This document shows positions 17,881-27,210 of a stretch of 64,000 nucleotides of DNA, piece after piece. A model generated the notes under the pieces. The model saw nothing but the letters and a program-made list of their open reading frames with translations. It had not been told where the DNA came from and did not search any database. Both the position numbers and the translations under genes were made by a program. Within the stretch, counting starts at the first letter, position 1, and each line of letters opens with the position of its first letter. This DNA comes from Candidatus Poribacteria bacterium (lineage in GTDB: Bacteria; Poribacteria; WGA-4E; JAJDTR01): NCBI GenBank assembly GCA_965232235.1, contig OZ246960.1, positions 3,948,479 to 4,012,478 of the forward strand, in the 5' to 3' direction.

Positions 17881-18366
17881 GTGCTATCGGAGACGGTCGT
17901 GAATAAACGAAAATCAGTGTATCTTGCAAATCCCTACGGTTTCTCGGAACAACAGCGGTGCACATTGCTCCCAGCCCTGATTGAGGCATTGGAAGCAATC
18001 GGCTTGGAAGTATGGGAGCCATTCGCGCGGAACAACAATGAAGATACCTCGGTGTCCGGTTGGGCGTACCGAATCGGGCAGGCGGACAAGCGCGATGTGG
18101 TAGAGACGGATGCGATTTTCGCTGTTGTAAACGGTGTTCCGCCCGATGAGGGGGTTATGGTGGAATTGGGGATTGCGATCGCGCTTGGGAAACCCACGTT
18201 CCTGTTTCGAGACGACTTTCGACGCGCCGCCGATTCTGACGAATACCCGCTTAACCTGATGGTTTTCGCCGGACTGCCTCGTCTCGGATGGGAGCGATAC
18301 TACTTCAAATCAATAACTGAGATTTCATCTCCCGAAAAAGCACTCGTATCTTGGGCGCAGGAGTAA
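17881..18366 (+). CDS. nucleoside 2-deoxyribosyltransferase (NDT/Rcl-like) family protein
   Basis: Motifs are SVYLANPYGF and DEGVMVELGIAIALGKPTFLF, the latter being the D-x-G...E-x-G-x-A-x-A-x-GKP catalytic-Glu signature. Alternative GTG start at 17899 with a GGAG RBS. Confidence 0.7.
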   Translation: MLSETVVNKRKSVYLANPYGFSEQQRCTLLPALIEALEAIGLEVWEPFARNNNEDTSVSGWAYRIGQADKRDVVETDAIFAVVNGVPPDEGVMVELGIAIALGKPTFLFRDDFRRAADSDEYPLNLMVFAGLPRLGWERYYFKSITEISSPEKALVSWAQE

Positions 18367-18409
18367 TCCATACCTAAATTGAATTGCAATTAAACAAATT
18401 GGAGGCATC

Positions 18410-19615
18410 ATGAAACAGATTAGCGGTGGAATAACGGCTGTTCCCGGTATCCGAGCATCGGGCGTGCACGGCGGCTTAAAGCCGGATGAGCAGAAGGATG
18501 TTGCGTTGATAGTTGCAGATGCACCGGCTGTAGCTGCGGGAGTATTTACACGAAATCGTGTATGCGCTGCAACCGTTCTGCTTTCCCGCGAACACTTGAA
18601 CAACCCGGTCGCCCAAGCAATCATCGTCAACAGCGGTAATGCAAATGCTTGCACCGGAGATCAGGGATTGGACAATGCTCGAAAAATGGCAGCCTTGGTC
18701 GGCGAGCAACTCAACGTAGAACCGGAAAACGTATTGGTTTCTTCAACGGGCGTGATCGGTGTACAATTGTCAATGGATGCAATCGAAAAAGGCATTCAGA
18801 GGGCTGCCGCTACGTTGCGTAATGATGGCGGACACGATGCGGCACAAGCCATTATGACCACAGACACCGTGCCGAAAGAGGTCGCGGTGGAAGTTGAAGT
18901 CGGTGGACAGACGGTGCGGATCGCCGGAATGACAAAAGGGGCGGGGATGATTGCACCGAACATGGCAACTATGCTTGCATTTCTGGCGACGGATACGAAG
19001 ATTTCTGGAGCGCCGCTACAGGAAGCTCTTCGGAGGTCCGTCGACATGTCGTTCAACCGCGTAACGGTTGACACCGACAGCAGCACCAACGATACAGTAC
19101 AGATTTTGGCGACCGGCGCGGCAGGCAATCCTGAAATCTCCGATGCATCTGGAGATAGCTACGACGCATTTTGCACAGGGCTTGAGTTTGTCTGCATCGA
19201 GTTGGCGAAGAAGATTGCGCAGGACGGTGAAGGCGCCACAAAAATGATCGAAGTAGCGGTCAAGAATGCGAAGAATGAATCTGAAGCAGAATTAGCGGCG
19301 CGAGCCATCGCCGAATCCCCGCTTGTAAAAACTGCCGTTTTCGGTAGGGATGCCAACTGGGGACGAATCATGATGGCGGTCGGAAAATCTGAAGCTCGGT
19401 TCGATCCCTACGAAGTGGATATTTGGCTGGGTGACTACCAACTGGTGAAGAAAGGAATGGACTCCGGTTTTGATGAGGAGAAGGCGGTACAACTTTTCTC
19501 TGAGGACACCGTGGTAATCACTGTAAATCTAAACGCCGGCGATGCAGACGCGACGATGTGGACCTGCGACTATTCCTACGATTATATCAAGATAAACGCG
19601 GATTATCGGACATGA
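18410..19615 (+). CDS. argJ: bifunctional glutamate N-acetyltransferase/amino-acid acetyltransferase (ornithine acetyltransferase)
   Basis: ArgJ signature block GMIAPNMATMLAFLATDT...TVDTDSSTNDT. Length 401 aa. Confidence 0.9.
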   Translation: MKQISGGITAVPGIRASGVHGGLKPDEQKDVALIVADAPAVAAGVFTRNRVCAATVLLSREHLNNPVAQAIIVNSGNANACTGDQGLDNARKMAALVGEQLNVEPENVLVSSTGVIGVQLSMDAIEKGIQRAAATLRNDGGHDAAQAIMTTDTVPKEVAVEVEVGGQTVRIAGMTKGAGMIAPNMATMLAFLATDTKISGAPLQEALRRSVDMSFNRVTVDTDSSTNDTVQILATGAAGNPEISDASGDSYDAFCTGLEFVCIELAKKIAQDGEGATKMIEVAVKNAKNESEAELAARAIAESPLVKTAVFGRDANWGRIMMAVGKSEARFDPYEVDIWLGDYQLVKKGMDSGFDEEKAVQLFSEDTVVITVNLNAGDADATMWTCDYSYDYIKINADYRT

Positions 19616-19640
19616 AAACGCGACGAAGGGCGACTGCTTC

Positions 19641-19665
19641 GTGCCCCTTCAGTACGAAGGGGCAC
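19641..19665. terminator. GC-rich hairpin GTGCCCCTTC-agtac-GAAGGGGCAC between convergent genes
   Basis: Perfect 10-bp stem 26 nt after the argJ stop, in the gap before the convergent - strand gene. U-tract is weak. Confidence 0.4.
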
Positions 19666-19789
19666 AGCCATTACGCAAATAACTCATGTTAAGAGGATTT
19701 GAAACTGCCCCGGAAACGTATTTGCAGGTTAGATTTCTTCAAGAATATTGGATTCTCTTGCGATGTCTCTTAACGTGAGACTTTTCACA

Positions 19790-20788
19790 TCAATCTTCGA
19801 ATGCTGCATCAAATGCGACATCGGACGGTTCGAAGTCATATGCTTTGACCGCAGCACATGATTCGCGTGCACCGTGCTCGCGGTCCATGCCGCTGTCCTC
19901 CCACTCAATCGACAGGGGCCCATCGTGCCCGATGCGGTTCAACGCTCGGATAATCTCCTCAAAGTCGATATTCCCGCGACCGATTGAACGGAAATCCCAA
20001 TAGCGCTGACCATCCCCGAATTCCAAGTGTCCGCCGAACACACCGGAGAGACGCGGGGTGGATGACCACCACACATCCTTCATGTGCACATGGTAGATGC
20101 GGCTGCCGAGACGCTCGATGAACGCCACATAATCAACCCCCTGATATCCGAGGTGGCTGGGATCGTAGTTGAAACCGAAGGTCTCGCGCCCGTCAAGCGC
20201 TTCGACCGCGCGTTCGGCAGTCACAATGTCGAAAGCGATTTCGGTCGGATGAACCTCAAGACCAAACTTGACACCTACTTCGTCGAACACATCAAGAATT
20301 GGATTCCAGCGATTGGCGAAATCCTCGTAGCCCGCATCGATTTGGGCGGGATCGTTCGGCGGGAAGGAATAAAGCAGGTGCCAGATGCTGCTGCCCGTAA
20401 ATCCGTTAACCACGCTCACTCCCAGTTTTGCCGCCGCGCGGGCAGTCGCCTTCATTTCATCGGCGGCGCGTTGACGAACACCCTCCGGGTCGCCATCGCC
20501 CCATATATTTGGGGCGACAATGGCTTGATGCCGGCTGTCGATATTGTCGCAGACCGTCTGGCCCACAAGATGGTTACTGATTGACCAAACTTTAAGTCCG
20601 TACTTGGCTAGAAGGTCGTGTTTCCCCTGACAGTAATCGGGGTCGTCCAAGGCTTTATCTACCTCGAAATGGTCGCCCCAGCAAGCCAACTCCAGGCCGT
20701 CAAACCCCCAGCCGCTTGCTTTCTGCGCTAGCTCTTCCAGTGTCATGTCCGCCCACTGTCCGGTGAACAGTGTAACAGGTCTTGCCAT
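19790..20788 (-). CDS. sugar phosphate isomerase/epimerase (xylose isomerase-like TIM barrel) family protein
   Basis: GAAGGAGG lies 7 nt upstream of the ATG. It has TIM-barrel metal-site-type motifs ([26 protein letters not shown]). Confidence 0.8.
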   Translation of the reverse strand: MARPVTLFTGQWADMTLEELAQKASGWGFDGLELACWGDHFEVDKALDDPDYCQGKHDLLAKYGLKVWSISNHLVGQTVCDNIDSRHQAIVAPNIWGDGDPEGVRQRAADEMKATARAAAKLGVSVVNGFTGSSIWHLLYSFPPNDPAQIDAGYEDFANRWNPILDVFDEVGVKFGLEVHPTEIAFDIVTAERAVEALDGRETFGFNYDPSHLGYQGVDYVAFIERLGSRIYHVHMKDVWWSSTPRLSGVFGGHLEFGDGQRYWDFRSIGRGNIDFEEIIRALNRIGHDGPLSIEWEDSGMDREHGARESCAAVKAYDFEPSDVAFDAAFED

Positions 20789-20904
20789 CTTGATGCCTCC
20801 TTCGAATCAATTATATGTTATCCAATACGGATAAATCGTCTCCACAATTATTGCATACTCGGCACGATTTGGGTAGTGCGCGTCCGACAGTGCTGAATTG
20901 CGCG

Positions 20905-22077
20905 CTAAACGGGCGCCGTATAACTTGCGTCAATCCAGGCGCGTTTTGTACCGCTTTCGACCGCTTTATGTATGAAATGAACACCTCGTGCTCCGTCCTG
21001 CACCGTCGGAAAGTCGGTGTCGAATTCGCCCGGTTCCTCGCAGGAAATCTTTGCCGCCATGGTGCGTGTAGCATTGACGTAGATATTCGCGAACGCCTCT
21101 ATGAATCCTTCTGGATGGCCAAACGGAAGACGGGAGTTGTGTTGCGTGATTTCGGCGACATAGTCATTTCCTCGTTTGTAAACCTGTTCGGGGCCATCCG
21201 GAAAACGAACGTAGAGGTAGTTCGGATTTTCCTGATGCCAATCCAGTGAGGCGTCGGTTCCGTAAATGCGAATGCGAAGGTTGTTTTCCTCTCCCACTGA
21301 CACCTGCGATGCGTACAGGATTCCTCTCGCGCCATCTTCGTAACCCACTAAGACATTGCCATCGTCTTCCAATTTTCGTCCCGGTACAAACGTTGTCAGG
21401 TCGGCGCAGATTTCCTCTATTCCCAAACCGGTAATGTAGTGCGCGAGGTTCTCCGCGTGGGAACCGATGTCGCCAATACAGGAAGACACACCCGATCGGT
21501 TCGGATCTGTCCGCCAGACGGCTTGTTTGGCGCCTTCCCCTTCCAAGAGTGTTGCTAGCCATCCCTGCGGGTATTCGACCACAATTTTTCGAACTGTTCC
21601 GAGCTGCCCGCCTCGAACGAGTTCTCGTGCCTGCTTGACCATCGGGTAGCCGGTGTAATTATGCGTTAGTGCGAAGACGGCGTCATGTTGCGCCACCAGC
21701 CGGCATAATTCCTCTGCGTCCTCTACTGTCGTCGTCATTGGTTTGTCGCAAATGACGTGGAATCCGGCTTCGAGGAAATTCTTCGCCGCATCAAAATGTA
21801 CGTTATTCGGCGTGACGATAGACACGAAGTCAATTCGATCGCCTTCGGGTAATTGGCTTTCCTTCTCCGCCATCTCCTGGTATGACCCGTACACACGGCC
21901 CGCGTCTAGCAAAAGCTCTTCGCCCTGTTGGCGTGATTTGTCCGCAGATGAGGAGAACGCGCCCGCGACCAGCTCAATCTCGCCGTCAAGTGCCGCCGCT
22001 TGTCGATGGACAGCACCAATAAACGCGTCCGGACCACCCCCTACCATCCCGTAACGTATTTTTCTTCCGAGTGGCAT
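20905..22077 (-). CDS. Gfo/Idh/MocA family oxidoreductase
   Basis: The start is moved to the internal ATG (MPLGRKIRYGMVGGG...) with GGAG 8 nt upstream. The ORF-track start at 22221 adds 48 aa with no support. The Rossmann motif is IRYGMVGGGPDAFIG. Confidence 0.85.
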   Translation of the reverse strand: MPLGRKIRYGMVGGGPDAFIGAVHRQAAALDGEIELVAGAFSSSADKSRQQGEELLLDAGRVYGSYQEMAEKESQLPEGDRIDFVSIVTPNNVHFDAAKNFLEAGFHVICDKPMTTTVEDAEELCRLVAQHDAVFALTHNYTGYPMVKQARELVRGGQLGTVRKIVVEYPQGWLATLLEGEGAKQAVWRTDPNRSGVSSCIGDIGSHAENLAHYITGLGIEEICADLTTFVPGRKLEDDGNVLVGYEDGARGILYASQVSVGEENNLRIRIYGTDASLDWHQENPNYLYVRFPDGPEQVYKRGNDYVAEITQHNSRLPFGHPEGFIEAFANIYVNATRTMAAKISCEEPGEFDTDFPTVQDGARGVHFIHKAVESGTKRAWIDASYTAPV

Positions 22078-22323
22078 ATTGGTATCTCCTTCAATGTTAT
22101 GTATGTCAACAATCGTGTTGACCAAATTATTTCGAGACTGTTTTTGTTTGTCCGATCTAGGCAACAAATCACTGCACCCAAAACACCGGTGCAGTATAGC
22201 ACGGAGGTGGGTTGTTGTCAATCACATAAACCACCTGAAGGGTGAAGGTCCCTGTAGGAGCGACCTCCCGGTCGCGATTGCATTGTAAGGTGCGATCAAC
22301 CGATACCATTCCGATAAACCGAT

Positions 22324-22390
22324 CTCCGCACTGCAGCGCAGTGCCATGTCAATAGAAACACGATGCGTTCATCCTAGCACTCCAGCGGAG
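22324..22390. repeat. dispersed ~67-bp element, copy A (CTCCGC-ACTGCAGCGCAGT-..-ATGTCAATAGAAAC-..-CACTCCAGCGGAG)
   Basis: It is nearly identical in order and content to 38789..38855. It is bounded by the inverted hexamers CTCCGC/GCGGAG. The adjacent motifs CTGTAGGAGCGACCTCCCGGTCGCGATT and GCGATAGAAATCCC recur at 41.8-42.2 kb. Confidence 0.5.
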
Positions 22391-22726
22391 ATCAAGCGAC
22401 TGGATAAGGAGTGCGATAGAAATCCCCAATGCGAATCATACGGCGCGATAGAGATCTTCCGCACACCAGCCTTCCTATGCAGTTGTACGAACGGCCTACC
22501 GGTCGTGATTTCCCAGCTTCATCTGTCTTGGGCTTGCATTTCCGCGTGTTTTGTGACATATTTATACTCACGTCCATAGGTAAGGACGCATCAACTAACC
22601 ACGACAAGACAATGCGACTGGATATGACATAACTGTTCCGTACGTAACAAGGCGAAACTTTGCGACATGCCACGCCGAATCAAGTCGCAACTACACAAAA
22701 CACGTCTAATTTGCATGGAAGCACAG

Positions 22727-22770
22727 AAGGCGCGTTGGGTATTCTTACCTGTCGCGCCTTTTGTGTTTGC
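22727..22770 (+). terminator. rho-independent-type terminator/insulator upstream of the defense gene
   Basis: AAGGCGCG-(18 nt)-CGCGCCTT stem followed by TTGTGTTTG. Confidence 0.4.
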
Positions 22771-22771
22771 A

Positions 22772-22800
22772 TTGACTCGGTGGCTAACAATATGTATGAT
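22772..22800 (+). promoter_or_regulatory. sigma70-like promoter TTGACT-N17-TATGAT
   Basis: The -10 element ends 43 nt upstream of ATG 22844. Confidence 0.45.
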
Positions 22801-22843
22801 TGCCTTGCACACTCCTGAGAACGGTAACGGTTTGGAATAGACA

Positions 22844-25800
22844 ATGAATAACGAGACAATATTCACCGTCAAAAAGAAACATCTTGACCTACTAGACGAG
22901 GACACAGCAGTTGAGTTCTTTAGCAAACTGCTATGGGCTGAAGCGAACAGACTTGGTCCAGGAACCTGCAAGATTAATGTGCCGAGCCAAACCAAAATCC
23001 CTGATGGTGGAATTGATGCTACCGTTGACGCAGACCGACTTGCGAAACAAAGCGATATAATTGCCCCTGGCAAAAACGGTTACCAAATCCGATCAGGAAC
23101 TGCCTTTAAGCCGTGGCGGGATGGGGATATTCGGAAAGAACTCTTTAAGAAAGGAAGTCCTAAAACCCCTGAAAAAGAGAACTTAAGAGAAAGCATCAAG
23201 GATTGCCTTGATGAATGTGGTATTTACGTTTTAGTTTGCACTGGAATTGATTGTCTTGTTCCTCCCAACCGGAAAAAGGCCTCCAAACTCATTAAAGATT
23301 ACCTAGAAACGTGTGGTTATCCAAAGGCGAAGGTTGAGGTGTGGAGCCAAAACACCCTCCGTTGCTTTCTTGAGTCGTTCCCATCACTGTCTTTGTGGGT
23401 CAATGGACGCAATAGCGCAAAGTTTCAAACGCATGACAGTTGGTCGCGAGATGCGAGCATGCAACGTCCATTTGTTCATGGAGAATCTCAGGATGAATTG
23501 ATTGAAAATCTTCGGAGTGGTTTACGGCGCGCCGATAATAAGGATCCTATGTTAGTGTCCGGGCGGCCCGGCATCGGCAAGACCAGGCTTGTTTTGGAAG
23601 CAACAAACGCCACAGACCTAGCGCCTCTAGTGATTTACGCCCCAGCTGATCAATTCCTTCATGACAAATTTCTAATGGATGAACTTTGCAACGATGAAAA
23701 CGACTTTTCCGCGATTGTGGTAATTGATGATTGCAATCTCCATAGCCGATCAGAAATTTTGGATAAACTGAAGTATCGTGGTCCGAAAATCAAACTCATT
23801 ACCATCTATAATAACCACGAAGAAGCTGCAGGAGATATTACGCCCTATGTTCCCCAACCTCTAGGCGAGGACCAGATTCGCAGCATCATCGAGCAACATA
23901 CGAACGTCTCCGACAACGAAGACAGACGATGGGTTGAGCTCTGCAGTGGATCGCCGAGAGTCGCTCATGTCGTTGGTTGGAATCGGGCAAATTATCCAAG
24001 GGATGTACTCGCCTCTCTGAGCACCGTCAATATCTGGGAGGGCTATATTGTCTCAGTTGACGATCCAAGTCAGGAAAGAACGGAACAACGCAGACGAATA
24101 CTCCGATACATGGCACTGTTTAAGCAATTCGGTTTTGAAGACCCTGTTGGCGAAGAAGCCAAAGCCGTTTCCAAAAAGATTGAGGAGGCGGATCCCCAGA
24201 TTACGTGGACGATATTTCAGGAAATCGTTGATAACCTTAAGAAACGTAAAATCCTTGACGGAGATTATACACTTGCCATCACGCCGAAAGCCCTTCAGAT
24301 TAAGTTATGGATAGAATGGTGGGATATCTATGGCAGGACGTTTGACCTAGATGAATTTATTCAAAACTTTCCCTGCGATTCAAAATTGGTCGAGTGGTTC
24401 TATGAGATGTTTTCGTACGCATCTGAGTCTGGAGTGGCATTAAGCGCTGTGAAGGATCTTCTTGGCCCAGACGGTCCATTCCAACAAAGAAAATATCTGC
24501 AGACAAACCTCGGAAGTAGCTTTTTCTTGGCACTGACTGAAGCAGCCCCGGAATCCGCTCTAGAATGTCTTAAGAAAACGGTTGAGACATGGGATGGAGA
24601 AACCCTATCGCAATTCGTTGGATGTACTTGCGTAGTATTGGCACTTGAAAAGATTGCTGTGTGGAACCGCCTGTTTACAGATGCTGCGGAATTACTCCTT
24701 GCGCTTGGTGACAGTAGTTTTGCTGGACTCTTTTCGCCGGCACCTGGAGGCGTGGCACCGACGGAAGCGTCTCCGAAAGAACGGTTTCCTATCTTGGAGG
24801 GCGCGTTTGAATCGGAATCAAAAGCAAAACGTGTTTTGGCATTGAAGGCGAGTGATGTGGCTTTAGAATCAAGCTATTTCTCGCGATTTGGGAATCCAGA
24901 ATATCAAGGCTTACGTCAGAAACCCAAACTATGGACGCCTAAAACGGAGGGCGAATTTCGGGAGGCACTTCGCCGAGTATGGAAATTACTAGATAGACAG
25001 CTAGCGCGTTTGCCCAACGATGAATGTAAAAAAGGCGCGGCAATTCTGCTAAAACGTGCGCGCGAGATGGTGAGAATCCCAAATCTGGCCAAGATGGTTG
25101 TGGAAACGGTCGCTACAATTGCAAAAGAAGAATATGTAAATAAAAAACACGTTATTGGGACCATTAACCAAATCCTACACTACGATGGCGACAATATACC
25201 TGCGGAAACCCGAGGACTATGGGAGCAACTCATGGGCCAATTGGTTACACCTGACTTTCATTCCATGATGAGACGGTACGTTGGTATGGAATTGCTTGAA
25301 GACCTCCAACTTGGCGACGACCAAAATTACGTAGATCAGGCGCAACTTCAGATTGAAAAGCTCGCCCAACAAGCCATTAGCAATCCATCACGCTTGCAAT
25401 CGGAACTGGCTTGGCTTGTCACAAGCGAGGCCAAGAAGGGATACAATTTCGGGTATGAACTTGGGAAACGAGACAACGGCTTTTCCTTGCTGCTGACGCT
25501 TCTTAAAGCCCAACGAAACGCGGATGACAATGCAAGTACAGCTTTTCTGGGCGGTTATTTCCGTGCGCTCTTTGAATCGGACGCTGACCGGCGAGAAGCA
25601 CAACTTGAAGCGATGATTGATGATACCAAACTAAAACCGCTGATTCCAGCATTGACTTCCCGGTCGGGCCTTACAGATGAGGCGGGATTGCGTCTTCTCC
25701 GCCTCGCAAGAGATGGTACCATGGGTATAAATGACTTCAAAACCTTCACCTATGGCAAAGCCGTTGACGGTTTGTCTAGTGAAATCGTCACGACGTGGGT

Positions 25801-26644
25801 TGAATTTCTACTAGGCGTCAACGACCAAGCAGGTGCATCAATTGCACTGAACCTTTACCACTGCTACTATATCTTCCAGAAACCAGAACGGGATTTACCA
25901 CTTGATGTGACATTCCGATTGCTTCGTCATCAATCCCTGTTTGAAGGATTAGACGGGTATCAATTCGATTCTACCATGACCGCTTATTATTGGACAGAGA
26001 TAGCCAAAGTCTTCCCGCACCTTGATTCCGAAAAGGAATTGGAACTTTCGGAGTTAATGCTTTCCCATTTTGGCGAGGACGGTTCAATTGTTGGCCCTTA
26101 CTCGCGAACATGCTCGGTGCTTGATGAATTGACGCAACAGTATCCCGCTGAGGTCTGGAAGCAGGTTAGTGGACTCTTACAGAGCCAAGGGCATTCTTCA
26201 AGGACCATTGCTCTAGAAAAATGGCTCGGAGAAGGAGCCTCCTGGGGACGAGAAGAATCTAAACCTGCCCTGCTACGAATCCCGTACAAAATAATCTGGG
26301 AGTGGATTGACGAGGATATAGAAAAACGTGCGTGGTATTTCGCTTATAGGCTGGTTCCTATAACCCATTCATCGGAGGAATGGATGATTTCTATGGTAAG
26401 ATCGTTCCTCATCCGCTACGGCAGTCGCAAGGAGGTAAGAAGCGGTCTTATGAGTAACTATTTGTCTGGAGTATCGTTTGGCCCTGCCAGCTCGCACTTA
26501 CAAGCAAAAAAAGAGAAGCTGCTTCAGATAAGGGACATTGAAGATGAAGATGGCGATAATGTCAGGCGTTGGGTTGATGAATTTGTGGCGGAACTGGAAG
26601 GGGGAATTGGACGGGAAACGATGCGTGAGGAGAGAGAACATTAA
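22844..26644 (+). CDS. STAND-type P-loop NTPase with an N-terminal Mrr-like (PD-(D/E)xK restriction-endonuclease fold) domain and a long C-terminal helical sensor region; Avs-like antiviral protein candidate
   Basis: The N-terminus matches the Mrr-cat pattern (AVEFFSKLLWAEANRLG...IPDGGIDATVD...NGYQIRSG...GIYVLVCTGID). Walker A is GRPGIGKT. Walker B is AIVVIDDCNL. About 900 aa of predicted alpha-helical repeats follow. It has a lower GC than its neighbours. Confidence 0.75.
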   Translation: MNNETIFTVKKKHLDLLDEDTAVEFFSKLLWAEANRLGPGTCKINVPSQTKIPDGGIDATVDADRLAKQSDIIAPGKNGYQIRSGTAFKPWRDGDIRKELFKKGSPKTPEKENLRESIKDCLDECGIYVLVCTGIDCLVPPNRKKASKLIKDYLETCGYPKAKVEVWSQNTLRCFLESFPSLSLWVNGRNSAKFQTHDSWSRDASMQRPFVHGESQDELIENLRSGLRRADNKDPMLVSGRPGIGKTRLVLEATNATDLAPLVIYAPADQFLHDKFLMDELCNDENDFSAIVVIDDCNLHSRSEILDKLKYRGPKIKLITIYNNHEEAAGDITPYVPQPLGEDQIRSIIEQHTNVSDNEDRRWVELCSGSPRVAHVVGWNRANYPRDVLASLSTVNIWEGYIVSVDDPSQERTEQRRRILRYMALFKQFGFEDPVGEEAKAVSKKIEEADPQITWTIFQEIVDNLKKRKILDGDYTLAITPKALQIKLWIEWWDIYGRTFDLDEFIQNFPCDSKLVEWFYEMFSYASESGVALSAVKDLLGPDGPFQQRKYLQTNLGSSFFLALTEAAPESALECLKKTVETWDGETLSQFVGCTCVVLALEKIAVWNRLFTDAAELLLALGDSSFAGLFSPAPGGVAPTEASPKERFPILEGAFESESKAKRVLALKASDVALESSYFSRFGNPEYQGLRQKPKLWTPKTEGEFREALRRVWKLLDRQLARLPNDECKKGAAILLKRAREMVRIPNLAKMVVETVATIAKEEYVNKKHVIGTINQILHYDGDNIPAETRGLWEQLMGQLVTPDFHSMMRRYVGMELLEDLQLGDDQNYVDQAQLQIEKLAQQAISNPSRLQSELAWLVTSEAKKGYNFGYELGKRDNGFSLLLTLLKAQRNADDNASTAFLGGYFRALFESDADRREAQLEAMIDDTKLKPLIPALTSRSGLTDEAGLRLLRLARDGTMGINDFKTFTYGKAVDGLSSEIVTTWVEFLLGVNDQAGASIALNLYHCYYIFQKPERDLPLDVTFRLLRHQSLFEGLDGYQFDSTMTAYYWTEIAKVFPHLDSEKELELSELMLSHFGEDGSIVGPYSRTCSVLDELTQQYPAEVWKQVSGLLQSQGHSSRTIALEKWLGEGASWGREESKPALLRIPYKIIWEWIDEDIEKRAWYFAYRLVPITHSSEEWMISMVRSFLIRYGSRKEVRSGLMSNYLSGVSFGPASSHLQAKKEKLLQIRDIEDEDGDNVRRWVDEFVAELEGGIGRETMREEREH

Positions 26645-26670
26645 TCGACCATAATCTCAAGGAAAACCCC

Positions 26671-27210
26671 ATGGCAAACTATCAAGAACTCGCAAATCTC
26701 GTATGGAACGTAGCCGACGATGTCCTCCAAGGCTTATTCAAACCCCACGAATACGGCGACATCACCCTCCCGTTCCTCGTCCTGCGCCGTCTGGACTGCA
26801 TCCTAACGGAAGACGACCGAAAAGACAAAGCCATTGACGTCCACAACCGCTTCAAAGATGGCGTCCCCGAAGAATCCCTGCCCCGGATTATTCTGAACGA
26901 GACGAAATCCAGTTTCTACAACACCTCCCGCTACGACCTCCCCCGACTAAAAGCCGACCCCAACAACATCCGCCTCAACTTCACCAACTACCTCAACGGC
27001 TTCACCAAGGATGTGCGGGACATCATCGAAAACTTCAACCTCGATCAGTTCATTGACCGGCTTTACAACGCAACCTATGATTCTTTCCAACCGTGGACGG
27101 ATGGCTCAGCGCACCATAACGTCCGCAAGATTTCCATAGCGTTTCTGATGCCCGATTCTGGAATGCTCTGCAACGAAGTTACTTCCTCGGAGACAGACTG
27201 TGCTTTATGA
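26671..27210 (+). CDS. DNA N6-adenine methyltransferase N-terminal (HsdM_N-like) domain fragment; probable gene remnant
   Basis: AAGGAAAA RBS 26 nt after the upstream stop. The first ~135 aa match the methylase N-terminal domain (LVWNVADDVLQGLFKPHEYGDITLPFLVLRRLDCIL...FYNTSRYDLPRL...NFTNYLNGFTKDVRDIIENF). No catalytic motifs follow. The last ~45 codons run antisense to the 3' end of the convergent methyltransferase gene. Confidence 0.5.
   Translation: MANYQELANLVWNVADDVLQGLFKPHEYGDITLPFLVLRRLDCILTEDDRKDKAIDVHNRFKDGVPEESLPRIILNETKSSFYNTSRYDLPRLKADPNNIRLNFTNYLNGFTKDVRDIIENFNLDQFIDRLYNATYDSFQPWTDGSAHHNVRKISIAFLMPDSGMLCNEVTSSETDCAL

Noticed and set aside
19053-19371. Small minus-strand ORFs inside argJ
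   Set aside because: They are antisense to a highly conserved gene.
22591-23073. 160-aa ORF on the minus strand
   Set aside because: It is antisense to the 5' end of the STAND NTPase gene. It has no RBS and a low-complexity product.
27075-27210. Possibility that the minus-strand methyltransferase ORF is spurious and the HsdM_N gene continues on the + strand
   Set aside because: The minus-strand translation carries unmistakable SAM-binding (DLACGTGTLL) and NPPY motifs in the correct order and spacing. The + strand loses methylase homology at ~27070.
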